45,491 nt of DNA from Candidatus Peribacteria bacterium (GCA_009691305.1 SICS01000001.1:1-45491), one strand, 5' to 3'. Numbered from the stretch's first letter, positions 7,421-16,325 are shown. Notes: generated by a model not told the origin, from the sequence alone. Translations and numbers: made by a program.

Positions 7421-8523
7421 TTTTTGATGAGCATGTCGCCCAAAGCGCGTTCCACAGCCTCCACACTCGTTCCGGTGATACTCTTTAACTGCTCCGCTGT
7501 CGCAACGCGCGGGGACTTGGAGACGAACATCCACGGCTGCGAGCCTGCGGGGGGCAACACATGCCGGACGCGGTCACTCACCGGAGGAATTTGTTCATTC
7601 GGATGGGACCCACCGACGATCACGGCGATCGGGGTGCCCATGGCATCGGCAAGGAAGAGCGGACCGGTATCGACCGCAACGAATGCGGCGGCGTTCTTCA
7701 TCATGGCCGCACACTGCCCGAGCGTGAGGCTGGAGGCGTCCATCATCTTCTCTGCATGGTGCGAGAGTTCCATCACTGCTTTCACTTTCTGGTGATCGAG
7801 AGTGGAGAGGACGACGGAGAGCTGATGTTTCTCGATCACCTGGTCAGCAAGCGCGGCGAACGAGGCTGCCGGCCACTCTTTGACGGTGTTACCCGCGCTG
7901 ATGTTGAAGCAGACGAAGGATTTTGAGGAGAGAGCGTGGTCCTTGAGCCAGCTCATGGCGGCATCTTGATCATTCACGGACGGGAAATACTCGAGCTTCC
8001 GGAGGATCGCGGGGATGCCGAGGGGTGCGAGCAGTTTCATATAGTGTGCGTGCGTGGACGTGCCGGTGATGAAGGGGACGTTGACGTTGTTGAAGATGCG
8101 AAAGAGCGACACGAGGATGCCGTGGCCGGACGAACTTGTGCTGACACGCACGGGCGCAGCGGACCAGAGGCCGACAGCGGAGGGCAATGCACCGGGCAGG
8201 CAGTTGATGACAGCAGAAAACCGGAGATGGAAGAGAGTCCAGAAGAGCGCAGTACGGGAACCGTCGTATGCATGTACGTGATCGACCGAGGGGTTGCCGC
8301 TGAGCACCTCCCGGAAGCGGCCCCAGCAGAGGACGTGGAGTTCGATCGAGGGATCGGCTGCTTTTACGGCGCGGAACATGCCGGTGGTGCAGAGCACATC
8401 GCCGAGCTTGCCCAGCTGGATGATGAGCACGCGCTTCGGTGCCACCGGATGACGGATAAGGCTGATGATCCAGAGTACCGGTGAGAGAAGTATCGTGAGC
8501 AGCGCCCAGAAGAGTGTCCTCAT
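7417..8523 (-). CDS. Glycosyltransferase family 9 (ADP-heptose-dependent heptosyltransferase)
   Basis: KRVLIIQLGKLGDVLCTTGMFRAVK is a GT9 N-terminal signature, and FVAVDTGPLFLADAMGTP lies in the C-terminal half. The ATG at 8523 forms an ATGA overlap with the upstream stop. Confidence 0.8.
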   Translation of the reverse strand: MRTLFWALLTILLSPVLWIISLIRHPVAPKRVLIIQLGKLGDVLCTTGMFRAVKAADPSIELHVLCWGRFREVLSGNPSVDHVHAYDGSRTALFWTLFHLRFSAVINCLPGALPSAVGLWSAAPVRVSTSSSGHGILVSLFRIFNNVNVPFITGTSTHAHYMKLLAPLGIPAILRKLEYFPSVNDQDAAMSWLKDHALSSKSFVCFNISAGNTVKEWPAASFAALADQVIEKHQLSVVLSTLDHQKVKAVMELSHHAEKMMDASSLTLGQCAAMMKNAAAFVAVDTGPLFLADAMGTPIAVIVGGSHPNEQIPPVSDRVRHVLPPAGSQPWMFVSKSPRVATAEQLKSITGTSVEAVERALGDMLIKN

Positions 8524-8987
8524 GGCTTCTTCTGGGAACGGATGGTCTCTGTGGTGGATCCGAGCTCCTTTTTGATGGGCACGAGGACCAGCTGCGCACC
8601 GATCTCCTTCACGACGTCCGACTCGATGCAGTCCTTTCCATACGTGTCGGCGTTCACATGTACATCTGGATGGATCAACCGCAACCATGGACGCGGATCA
8701 TCGTCATCGAAGATGAAGACGGCATCAGCGAACTCTGCCACATTCTTCGCACGGACATCTTCTGACTCCATTGGACGACCCTCCCCTTTGTATTTCCGCA
8801 CCGACGCGTCGCTATTCACCCCCACAATGAGGACATCACCATGCTTGCGCGCTTCGGAGAGGAGAAATTGATGGCCTGCATGGAGCAAATCGAACGCACC
8901 GTTCGTCGTGACGACGGTCTTGCCGGCTTTTTTCTGCGCCGATGCGAAGTCTGCGGCTGCCGCTGGTGTCATCACGGTTCCAGGCAT
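8520..8987 (-). CDS. hldC: D-glycero-beta-D-manno-heptose 1-phosphate adenylyltransferase (RfaE domain II type, stand-alone)
   Basis: VVTTNGAFDLLHAGHQFLLSEARKHGDVLIVGVNSDASV is a cytidylyltransferase-fold (H/T)xGH motif. The start is 10 nt after the kinase stop. Confidence 0.8.
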   Translation of the reverse strand: MPGTVMTPAAAADFASAQKKAGKTVVTTNGAFDLLHAGHQFLLSEARKHGDVLIVGVNSDASVRKYKGEGRPMESEDVRAKNVAEFADAVFIFDDDDPRPWLRLIHPDVHVNADTYGKDCIESDVVKEIGAQLVLVPIKKELGSTTETIRSQKKP

Positions 8988-8997
8988 GTGGTGGAGG

Positions 8998-10362
8998 TCA
9001 GAGTGCACGCAGAAGTTCGTCCCGCGAGGCGGAGGCGGTCCCCTGCTTGGCGACGACGATGCCTGCTGCGCGGTTGGCGATGTCGGCGCCGTCTTTGAGA
9101 GATCCTCCCGCACCGAGCACCAAGGCCAGGACGGTGCTGACGGTGTCACCGGCACCTGAGACGTCGGCGACTTCACGCGTGACGGCAGCAAACGCCGTCT
9201 TTTTTCTATTCTTTTCTATGAGCAGCATCCCCTCCGCGCCAAGCGTCAGCAAAACATTACCCTGGATCCCCCGCGCCAGCGCACTGCCGATCACGTCGGC
9301 GTCTTTGGTCGCAGTCTGTGCCAGGATCTGCCCCTCTTTCCTGTTGGGCGTGATCACGGTCGCGCCGCGCAGAGCCTTGATTCCGGAACTGTCCGCGGGT
9401 TTGGGGTCCACAATCACGGGGATCCCCTTTTTCTTGGCCATCGCGATGCACTTCTGGAGAACGGCGGGACTGAACACGCCCTTCGCATAGTCCGAGAGGA
9501 GGAGTGCGGAGTGTTTAGGGAGCAGTTTTTGCACCTGTGCGAGCAACTTCTTGCTGACAGCAGCAGAGACTTGCTCGGTCTGCTCGTAATCGAGCCGCAC
9601 GATCTGCTGGCCGCTCTCCGAGAGGATGCGGTTCTTGCGGGTGGTGCTGCGGGAAGTATCTTTGATGAGGACGGGCGTCACGTTGCCACGCTTGAGCAGG
9701 CGCTCGAGCTCTCCAGCACCAGCATCACTGCCGGTGACACCGATGACGGTCGCCTTCGCTCCGAGGGAAGCGGCATTCATCGCAGCGTTGGCTGCCCCAC
9801 CCGGCACCGACCGCTCCGTGCGGTAGCGGACGACCGGGATGGGTGCCTCGGGCGACACGCGGTCGACGGAACCGAAGAGGTAGGTATCGACCATCACGTC
9901 GCCGACCACGAGCACCGACGTCTTCGCGAAGGCACCGATGAGCGCAGACTGGCGGTCGTAGCGGTCCTGCTCCACATGCCCGGAGTATTCCGTCCGCTCG
10001 CTATCGGATTCATCGTGCGTGGTGGAGAACTCGATGATCTCGCTGTCCTCGAGCCCTGTGAACCGGTGCGGCAATCCCGTCTGCACGTGGACGAAGTCGC
10101 CTTTCTTCATCGTGTGCGTCTCGCCGCCAATCTCCAGCAGCACTTTGCCGGACTGCAGGTAAAAGACTTCATCTTTCTTGGCGTGCGTGTGCATGCTGCA
10201 GCGCATGTTCTTCCGCAAAATGAGTTTCTTGCCGCAGTACTCCTTGTTCACGATCCACTGCTCCTCGCCCCACGCCTTCTTCTCCCGATGGATCGACTCG
10301 CCGGGGTAAAACCGGTTCGTGGAGCCGAAATTGACGTAGGAGGCTGCCATGGGATCCATCAT
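8998..10362 (-). CDS. hldA: Fusion protein: N-terminal cupin (type II phosphomannose-isomerase-like) + D-glycero-beta-D-manno-heptose 7-phosphate kinase (RfaE domain I / PfkB)
   Basis: Residues ~1-130 carry cupin motifs: MHTHAKKDEVFYLQSG (HxH..E..G) and GDFVHVQTGLPH. The remainder, VLVVGDVMVDTYLFGSVDRVSPEAPIPVV..PGGAANAA..DVSGAGDT, matches the HldE kinase domain. Confidence 0.8.
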   Translation of the reverse strand: MMDPMAASYVNFGSTNRFYPGESIHREKKAWGEEQWIVNKEYCGKKLILRKNMRCSMHTHAKKDEVFYLQSGKVLLEIGGETHTMKKGDFVHVQTGLPHRFTGLEDSEIIEFSTTHDESDSERTEYSGHVEQDRYDRQSALIGAFAKTSVLVVGDVMVDTYLFGSVDRVSPEAPIPVVRYRTERSVPGGAANAAMNAASLGAKATVIGVTGSDAGAGELERLLKRGNVTPVLIKDTSRSTTRKNRILSESGQQIVRLDYEQTEQVSAAVSKKLLAQVQKLLPKHSALLLSDYAKGVFSPAVLQKCIAMAKKKGIPVIVDPKPADSSGIKALRGATVITPNRKEGQILAQTATKDADVIGSALARGIQGNVLLTLGAEGMLLIEKNRKKTAFAAVTREVADVSGAGDTVSTVLALVLGAGGSLKDGADIANRAAGIVVAKQGTASASRDELLRAL

Positions 10363-10868
10363 ACAGCAGAAGCGAGTAGTGCGGGGAGTTCGCTCAAGGA
10401 TGCGATCTTCCAGGTGGGTTCGACAGATGTCTCCTCATCACCCACCAGGATCGTCTTGCACCCGACCGCCTGCCCGAAGAGCACATCCACATCGTGGTCA
10501 CCGACCATTACACACTCATCTGATGTGAGCCCATGCCTACGCTCGAGTTCCTTCCACATCCCGATCTTCGGTTTGCGGCAGTCACAGTTCTCATCCGGAT
10601 GATGCGGACAGAAGACGATGTCGGTGATCGTGATGCCCTGTGACTGCAAGACCTCCATCAACCTGTTATTACATGACTGCACCTCTTCGATCGTCGTCTT
10701 CCCCCGTCCGACACCCGATTGGTTCGAGACGACAAAGATCTTCATGTGCCCGAGTTGCTTCAAACCCTCGACGACACCAGGAAGCGGGACAATATCCGCG
10801 AGTGTGTAGGCGTGCCCAAGACGGCGGATCAAGACGCCATCCCGGTCGAGCAGGAGCGTGGTGACCAT
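10359..10868 (-). CDS. gmhB: D,D-heptose 1,7-bisphosphate phosphatase (HAD-IIIA)
   Basis: LLLDRDGVL is the HAD motif I, followed by VVSNQSG and CPHHPDENCDCRKP, the GmhB zinc-loop signature. It has a 4-bp overlap with the downstream kinase start. Confidence 0.85.
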   Translation of the reverse strand: MVTTLLLDRDGVLIRRLGHAYTLADIVPLPGVVEGLKQLGHMKIFVVSNQSGVGRGKTTIEEVQSCNNRLMEVLQSQGITITDIVFCPHHPDENCDCRKPKIGMWKELERRHGLTSDECVMVGDHDVDVLFGQAVGCKTILVGDEETSVEPTWKIASLSELPALLASAV

Positions 10869-10874
10869 GTCGGG

Positions 10875-11951
10875 TTAGTTGGAGAGGCGCACGAGCGACG
10901 CGAAGTGGAAGTACTCCGCGAGGACTTCCTTCAGGAGGGTTTTGATCTCCGGCTTCGTGAGCGGCGACAGTTTGGCGGAATCATAATCTTTGACGGCCCC
11001 GCCCTTGGGCTCCGTGACGGGCTGCCCGCCGGGGACGAGAATCGACGACCGCACGATGAACATGTTTTCTTCCTCCGTCGCATGGTGAGCCTCCTCGGGC
11101 GTCATAAGCAGCTCGGACATCTTCTCGCCGGCGCGTGAGCCGATGACCTTGCGCTCGATCTTTGCAGGATCTTTGCCAAAGCGCGGCGCAAGTTCGTCGA
11201 TCAGAACATCGACGAGGTCGCCCAGGCGGATCACCGGCATCTTGAGGATGAACACTTCACCGCCTTCCATCCGTTCCATCGCCTGGAACGTGAGCGAGAC
11301 GGCCTGCGGGATCGACATGAAGAACCGGACCATGTCCGGGTGCGTGATGGTGACCGGACCGCCCGCCTCGATCTGCTTGCAGAAAAGCGGGAGCACCGAC
11401 CCGCGCGATGCGAGCACGTTGCCGAAGCGCACGCTGGCGAACCGGATGGGGCGTGAGCCTGAAATGTGCAACGCGGAGGTCATTAGTTTCTCGGCGAGGA
11501 GCTTGGTGGCGCCCATCACGTTGCTGGGACTGGCGGCTTTGTCGGTACTGATGAGGAGCACGCGCTCGACGCCCTGCACAATGGCCGCCTCGATGATGTT
11601 TTGGGTGCCGATGACGTTCGTCTTCACCGCTTCGAATGAGTTGTACTCGCAGAACGGCACGTGCTTGTACGCGGCGCAGTGGAAGACGCAGTGGACACCC
11701 TCGAGCGCGCGCACCATGCGCTGGTAATCGCGGATGTCGCCGAGCAGGTAGCGCATGTCGCACTTCGGCAAATCGCCGAGCTCCTGCTGGAGGAGGTATT
11801 GCTTATGTTCATCGCGTGAGAAGATGCGGATGGTTGCAGGCTCGTGCTTGAGCAACTGCCGGACGACCTCGGAGCCGATGGAACCGGTAGCGCCCGTAAC
11901 GAGAATGCGCTTCCCGCGGAGGAATGAAGTCACCCCCACACTGTAGCCCAC
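10875..11951 (-). CDS. CapD/PglF/PseB-family nucleotide-sugar 4,6-dehydratase (short form)
   Basis: KRILVTGATGSIG, FSRDEHKQ, FHCAAYKHVP and STDKAASPSNVMGATKLLAE are all present. There is no ATG. The GTG at 11951 is preceded by GGAGG-N8. An alternative GTG at 11933 is preceded by TACAGT-N6. Confidence 0.8.
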   Translation of the reverse strand: MGYSVGVTSFLRGKRILVTGATGSIGSEVVRQLLKHEPATIRIFSRDEHKQYLLQQELGDLPKCDMRYLLGDIRDYQRMVRALEGVHCVFHCAAYKHVPFCEYNSFEAVKTNVIGTQNIIEAAIVQGVERVLLISTDKAASPSNVMGATKLLAEKLMTSALHISGSRPIRFASVRFGNVLASRGSVLPLFCKQIEAGGPVTITHPDMVRFFMSIPQAVSLTFQAMERMEGGEVFILKMPVIRLGDLVDVLIDELAPRFGKDPAKIERKVIGSRAGEKMSELLMTPEEAHHATEEENMFIVRSSILVPGGQPVTEPKGGAVKDYDSAKLSPLTKPEIKTLLKEVLAEYFHFASLVRLSN

Positions 11952-11976
11952 AAAGATGGCCTCCGGTAGTGGTTTT

Positions 11977-13491
11977 CTAGCTATTGCGGGACTGTTTCTT
12001 GAGCAGATTTTCGGCCAATGCAAAGTGTTCCGGCGTGTCGAGATCAATCGAGTCCTCCGGTGCCATGAGCAATGGACGCGAGTCACCAAATTGGAAGGAT
12101 GGGAACCGTGCCGCCGCGGCCGTCATCACATAGAGCGCGCCATTCACGTCATAGAACTTTCCATCTTTCTCGTCCGGATTCGCGGGGATGAGCTTGCCGT
12201 CGATGATGCGCTGGCGGAGTGAGGAGCTGGCCCCCTTCTCCATGGGTGTGACGCTCACGACCGTCTCGGCGCCAGACTTCTGGAGTAACACGATCCCTTC
12301 ATCAATCACGGTTGATGTTCGGAACGGCGACGTCGGCTGTAGAATCACAAATGCTGACGGCTTGTAGTTCTCCTTTTTCTCGAGCTCTCCCAGCACATGC
12401 CGAATCACCTCCATAGAGGAGGTGTCATCGAGCGCGAGTTCCGCGGGACGCATCAATACTTCGACGCCGCAATTGCGAGCAACCTTTGCGATCTCCTCAT
12501 CATCCGTACTCAAGACAACTCTCGTGAGCAATTTGCTCCCGAGTGCCGCCTCACACGTGTACGCGATCATCGGCTTTCCGTTGAGCAACATGACATTCTT
12601 CCGTGGCAATCTCTTGGAGCCACCGCGCGCCGTGATAATGCCGAGAACCTCAGGCTCTCCATTCTTCAAATACTCTTCGACGGAGTGCTCACAGGAAAGA
12701 GGGACCACCTGCTCAATCATTTTGGTACTGATTGCATCGATATTACCGAGGGGGAGGACGTGCGCGTACGTGACGGGTATCGATCGACCGTGAATCTTCT
12801 CAAGCAGCGCGATCAACTCCTTGATGGAGTAGTTCTCCCGACTCGCAACGTTGAAGACGCCGCTCGCGCCGCGACTCACGAGCTGATGGATCATCGTCGC
12901 GGCATCATCCACATGCAGGAAATTCCTCCGCAGTGATCCGTCGTTATCCGCAAACTTCATCGGAATCTTTTTCCCCAGGGAATTACGGAGATGCCAGAGC
13001 AATCCCTTCCCCTGCCCCGCACCGTAGAGGTTGCAGAGGCGCAGGATCAGATGGCCATCCTCCGGCATGCGACTGCGCACCTGCTCCTCCGCCGAAATCT
13101 TCGCCTTCGCGTACTCGGTCTCCGGCTGGAGCGGCGAATGCTCGTGCACTTCCGTCGCGGTGCCATAGACCTGCGTGGTGGATATCTGGATGAAGAGCGT
13201 GTTGGGGGACGCGACCGCTTCGAGCACGTTCTGGATGCCGGTGGTGTTGAGGGCGACGCAGAGCGCGACGGGATTCGCCACCTGCCCCGTCGCATTGATG
13301 ACGATGTCGTAGGTCCCGATGCCCGCGATGTCTGCCGCTTTCAGGAGATCGACCTTCAGGTGATGGGGATCTGTGGGATCCCCCTCGCGGCTGGAGATGA
13401 AGACCTCAAAATTGGGGTCAGCAGAGAACGCGCGACGGAGTGCGGATCCCAAAAACCCTTTTCCTCCGAGGATGAGAACGGACTTACTCAT
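11977..13491 (-). CDS. neuA: Fusion protein: N-terminal NAD-dependent SDR epimerase/reductase + C-terminal CMP-N-acylneuraminate (NulO) cytidylyltransferase
   Basis: The N-terminal half has VLILGGKGFLGSAL (GxxGxxG) and YAKAK (YxxxK). The C-terminal half has GIITARGGSKRLPRKN..LQPTSPFR, which is NeuA/LegF-like. The start at the ATG at 13491 overlaps the neuC stop by 8 nt. Confidence 0.8.
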   Translation of the reverse strand: MSKSVLILGGKGFLGSALRRAFSADPNFEVFISSREGDPTDPHHLKVDLLKAADIAGIGTYDIVINATGQVANPVALCVALNTTGIQNVLEAVASPNTLFIQISTTQVYGTATEVHEHSPLQPETEYAKAKISAEEQVRSRMPEDGHLILRLCNLYGAGQGKGLLWHLRNSLGKKIPMKFADNDGSLRRNFLHVDDAATMIHQLVSRGASGVFNVASRENYSIKELIALLEKIHGRSIPVTYAHVLPLGNIDAISTKMIEQVVPLSCEHSVEEYLKNGEPEVLGIITARGGSKRLPRKNVMLLNGKPMIAYTCEAALGSKLLTRVVLSTDDEEIAKVARNCGVEVLMRPAELALDDTSSMEVIRHVLGELEKKENYKPSAFVILQPTSPFRTSTVIDEGIVLLQKSGAETVVSVTPMEKGASSSLRQRIIDGKLIPANPDEKDGKFYDVNGALYVMTAAAARFPSFQFGDSRPLLMAPEDSIDLDTPEHFALAENLLKKQSRNS

Positions 13492-14620
13492 AGAATTTCT
13501 TCTGGATGATGCCTTCAAGACTCACCTCTTTGAGAATCTTGAAAATCTTCGGCGCAGTGTTCCCTTCTCCGTACGGATTTTCCATCGATTGAAGAGATGC
13601 ACGGTACTTCTCATCAAAGAGAACCTTTTTGAGTGTGGCGACTATTTCCTCCGTGTCGTATCCCACATCGTTGACCGTCTTTGGCCTCTCGCGCCCTTGC
13701 TGCCGGGTGCCGATATTGACCGTCGGCACATGGAACGTCGCCGCTTCGTGGATGCCGGAGCTGGAATTGCCGACGATTGCCCACACATGTCGGTACAAAT
13801 TCGCGAATGTCTCGACGTCCAAGCTGGGGTACCACGTGATGCCGGAGCCTTTCACGGTGGAGATGATCGAGCTGAACCCCGCATCGTTGTTCGGGAGGAT
13901 TGCGATGGTCTGCACGCCCACTTGTTTGAGCGCTTCGAGCGTCGCGGTGATCTGCTGCTTCGATTCCGTGTTCTCTGTGGTGACCGGATGCTGGATCAAA
14001 ATGACCGTCGGCTTGCTGAAGTCGACGTTGAACTTCTTCTCCAACACCTCTTTAGGGATCATCGGCGCGTTGATGAGCACATCGAGCGAGGGGCAGCCAA
14101 CGACGAAGATGTGGTCGGGGTTCTCCCCCATCGCGACCAGGCGCCGCTTGGCATCCTCGGTCGCGGGGAAGTGCAGATGCGCAAATTTGCTCATCGCGTG
14201 TCGCAGACTTTCATCGATATTGCCCGTGACCTCCCCTCCTTGAATATGTGCGACGGGAATATTCATGTGCGCGGCCGCGACGGTCGCGGCAAAGTTCGCA
14301 CCGATATCGAAGCCGGTGAGCACCAGGTCCGGCCTCACCTTCTCCAGCACATCCACGACCCCGCTCATCACGCGACTGATCCCCCGCGCCATCTCGGCCC
14401 CAGTATCGGGCGACTGCTCCGTGAACATGGGGATTGTGGCGTCGATGTTGAACCCATCTGCTTTGAACTTCTCAATATCCGCGCCGTGCCCGGGGAGCAG
14501 GTTGATGCCCGTGACGATGATGAACAGCTGGAAGAACGGATCCTTCTTCATGAGCTGCAGCACAGGCCGAAACCGGCTGTAGTCCGCGCGCCGTTCGATC
14601 ACGACTAAGACTTTTCGCAT
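13484..14620 (-). CDS. neuC: UDP-N-acetylglucosamine 2-epimerase (hydrolysing), NeuC/LegG type
   Basis: MRKVLVVIERRADYS..AHIQGGEVTGNIDESLRHAMSKFAHLHF..GNSSSGIHEA. The start is set at the ATG at 14620 (TAGAAT-N8) rather than the ORF-track 14638. Confidence 0.85.
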   Translation of the reverse strand: MRKVLVVIERRADYSRFRPVLQLMKKDPFFQLFIIVTGINLLPGHGADIEKFKADGFNIDATIPMFTEQSPDTGAEMARGISRVMSGVVDVLEKVRPDLVLTGFDIGANFAATVAAAHMNIPVAHIQGGEVTGNIDESLRHAMSKFAHLHFPATEDAKRRLVAMGENPDHIFVVGCPSLDVLINAPMIPKEVLEKKFNVDFSKPTVILIQHPVTTENTESKQQITATLEALKQVGVQTIAILPNNDAGFSSIISTVKGSGITWYPSLDVETFANLYRHVWAIVGNSSSGIHEAATFHVPTVNIGTRQQGRERPKTVNDVGYDTEEIVATLKKVLFDEKYRASLQSMENPYGEGNTAPKIFKILKEVSLEGIIQKKFYE

Positions 14621-14664
14621 GAGCGGAGATTCTAGCATAGCGGTAGATCCTCAATCGTCGGGAA

Positions 14665-15264
14665 TTAGTCCCCAACAGGACCCTGATACCCCCTCCTCAT
14701 CCGTTCGGTCATATAATCATCGTCCGCCAGAAGGTCGCGCGTCATTTTCGCGGTCGTTTCATCAAATGACTGTTGGACTTCCCTAATTTCTGCGATGCGA
14801 CCTTGTACATCTGCATCTGAAAGGGAAAGGAATTGTTCTAAGGTGTCGATGGCCAATTGATGTGCATACGGCTTGACCCTCTCTTGATCAATCCGACCGA
14901 GCATACGACCTTTCACCTGCTCCAATTCATCACGTTGGGCGTGGGCATCTGCGGAAACCTTTGGCATCAATTCCCCGGTTACTGCTACAGATGCCATGTC
15001 GAGTTCCCTCTGCGCGGTTTTCAAGCGAAGAACCTCATAACTAAACCCATTCAAAATTTGCTGGCCTACATGTTTTTGGGCTTCCATTATTTCAGGAGCG
15101 ATTTTGGGTGCATCTGTGCCCGCCTGTTCCTGATCTACACGCTCGCTCAATCGAGCATGTAAAGAGTATGTTTCTTGGTGGAGATCTGTATCCGGGGACA
15201 TAAAATGAAAAGACATAGATAGCGTGGAAAGATCATATCTTAGCCAAAATCCCCACCATGTCAA
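14665..15264 (-). CDS. Hypothetical soluble alpha-helical protein (orphan), in a lower-GC segment
   Basis: The ORF lies in a noticeably AT-richer stretch between neuC and neuB on the same strand. I recognise no domain. The start is uncertain: TTG at 15264, ATG at 15216 or ATG at 15201. Confidence 0.5.
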   Translation of the reverse strand: MTWWGFWLRYDLSTLSMSFHFMSPDTDLHQETYSLHARLSERVDQEQAGTDAPKIAPEIMEAQKHVGQQILNGFSYEVLRLKTAQRELDMASVAVTGELMPKVSADAHAQRDELEQVKGRMLGRIDQERVKPYAHQLAIDTLEQFLSLSDADVQGRIAEIREVQQSFDETTAKMTRDLLADDDYMTERMRRGYQGPVGD

Positions 15265-15271
15265 GGAACCA

Positions 15272-16318
15272 CTACTGCGTGTCTGCCCACTTCAGTTGCA
15301 TATCCTTCTCCAAATCCTTCGTCGCCTTCTTTCCAAACAGTGCCTTGTAATCCTTCGCTTTGATCTCCCCCGTCCCTGGCCTCTTCACCCAAATGTTCTC
15401 GGCAGAGAACACGTCGCCCTCCTTGATAGGCTTGATGGTGACGACGGTCGCGTAGGCGAAGTTGATGATGTCCTGCTCGTCCGGGAGGATGTCCTTTTTG
15501 CCTCCGAGGGACTCGTGGATCGCGCGGCTGCCGATGATCATGTCGTTAAGCTCTTGCGGGTCAATGGAGATGGCGATATCGGGGCCCGGCCAACCCTTAT
15601 CGGACGTGAAATGTTTCTCGAGGATCGAAGCCCCAAGCGACACCGCGCCGAGACACGTCCAGATCCCGAGTGAGTGATCACTGAGACCGGTGACGACACC
15701 GGGGAATGCTTCTTGGAGGTGGGTGATCGCCCCCAGGCGTACCTTGTTATACGGAGTGGGGTACATCGACGTGCAATGGAGCAGCGCGAGCGGGACGTTG
15801 TGTTTGCGGAAGATCTCGACCGCCGGAGTGATGGACGCGAGGTCGTTCATGCCGGTGCTCATGATCACGGGCTTGCCATACGCGGCGATGTGTTCGAGGA
15901 GCGGGTAGTTATTGCACTCCCCCGAGCCGATCTTGATCGCGGGGACTTCCATCCGGAACAAGCGGTCCGCGGCAGCGCGCGAGAACGGCGTACAGAGGTA
16001 GATCATCCCCTTCTTCTCGACGTACGCCTTCAGCTCGCGCTCCTGCTCTTCAGAAAACGCACAGCGCACCATGATGTCCCAGATGCTCTCGGTGGTGTGG
16101 CCGGGGATCACCTTCTTCGCGACGGGCGCCATCTCGTCTTCCACCACATGCGACTGGAACTTCGCGCATTCGCAGCCCGCTTTGGCGGCATCGTCGACCA
16201 TGCGCTTGGCCTTCGCCATGTCGCCCTCGTGGTTGATGCCGATCTCGGCGATCACGAACGGCGGGTGGTCGGGGCCGATCTGGCGGCCGGCAATGGTGAT
16301 GGAGGGGCTCGTTGCCAT
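15272..16318 (-). CDS. neuB: N-acylneuraminate/legionaminate synthase (NeuB/LegI family)
   Basis: FVIAEIGINHEGDMAKAKRMVDDAAKAGCECAKFQ..IGSGECNNYPLL..GLSDHS is followed by a C-terminal SAF/antifreeze-like domain (VTIKPIKEGDVFSAENIWVKRPG). Confidence 0.9.
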   Translation of the reverse strand: MATSPSITIAGRQIGPDHPPFVIAEIGINHEGDMAKAKRMVDDAAKAGCECAKFQSHVVEDEMAPVAKKVIPGHTTESIWDIMVRCAFSEEQERELKAYVEKKGMIYLCTPFSRAAADRLFRMEVPAIKIGSGECNNYPLLEHIAAYGKPVIMSTGMNDLASITPAVEIFRKHNVPLALLHCTSMYPTPYNKVRLGAITHLQEAFPGVVTGLSDHSLGIWTCLGAVSLGASILEKHFTSDKGWPGPDIAISIDPQELNDMIIGSRAIHESLGGKKDILPDEQDIINFAYATVVTIKPIKEGDVFSAENIWVKRPGTGEIKAKDYKALFGKKATKDLEKDMQLKWADTQ

Positions 16319-16325
16319 GCCCAGG

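Noticed and set aside
7310-7534. N-terminal extensions of listed ORFs: 6425-7534, 7417-8688, 17049-17885, 43350-44306, 44086-45297, 37153-38721 and 10875-12089.
   Set aside because: The extensions read through twin-hairpin or REP repeats, or through the upstream gene in another frame. Conserved family N-termini and the TANNNT-start geometry support the shorter starts used in the feature list.
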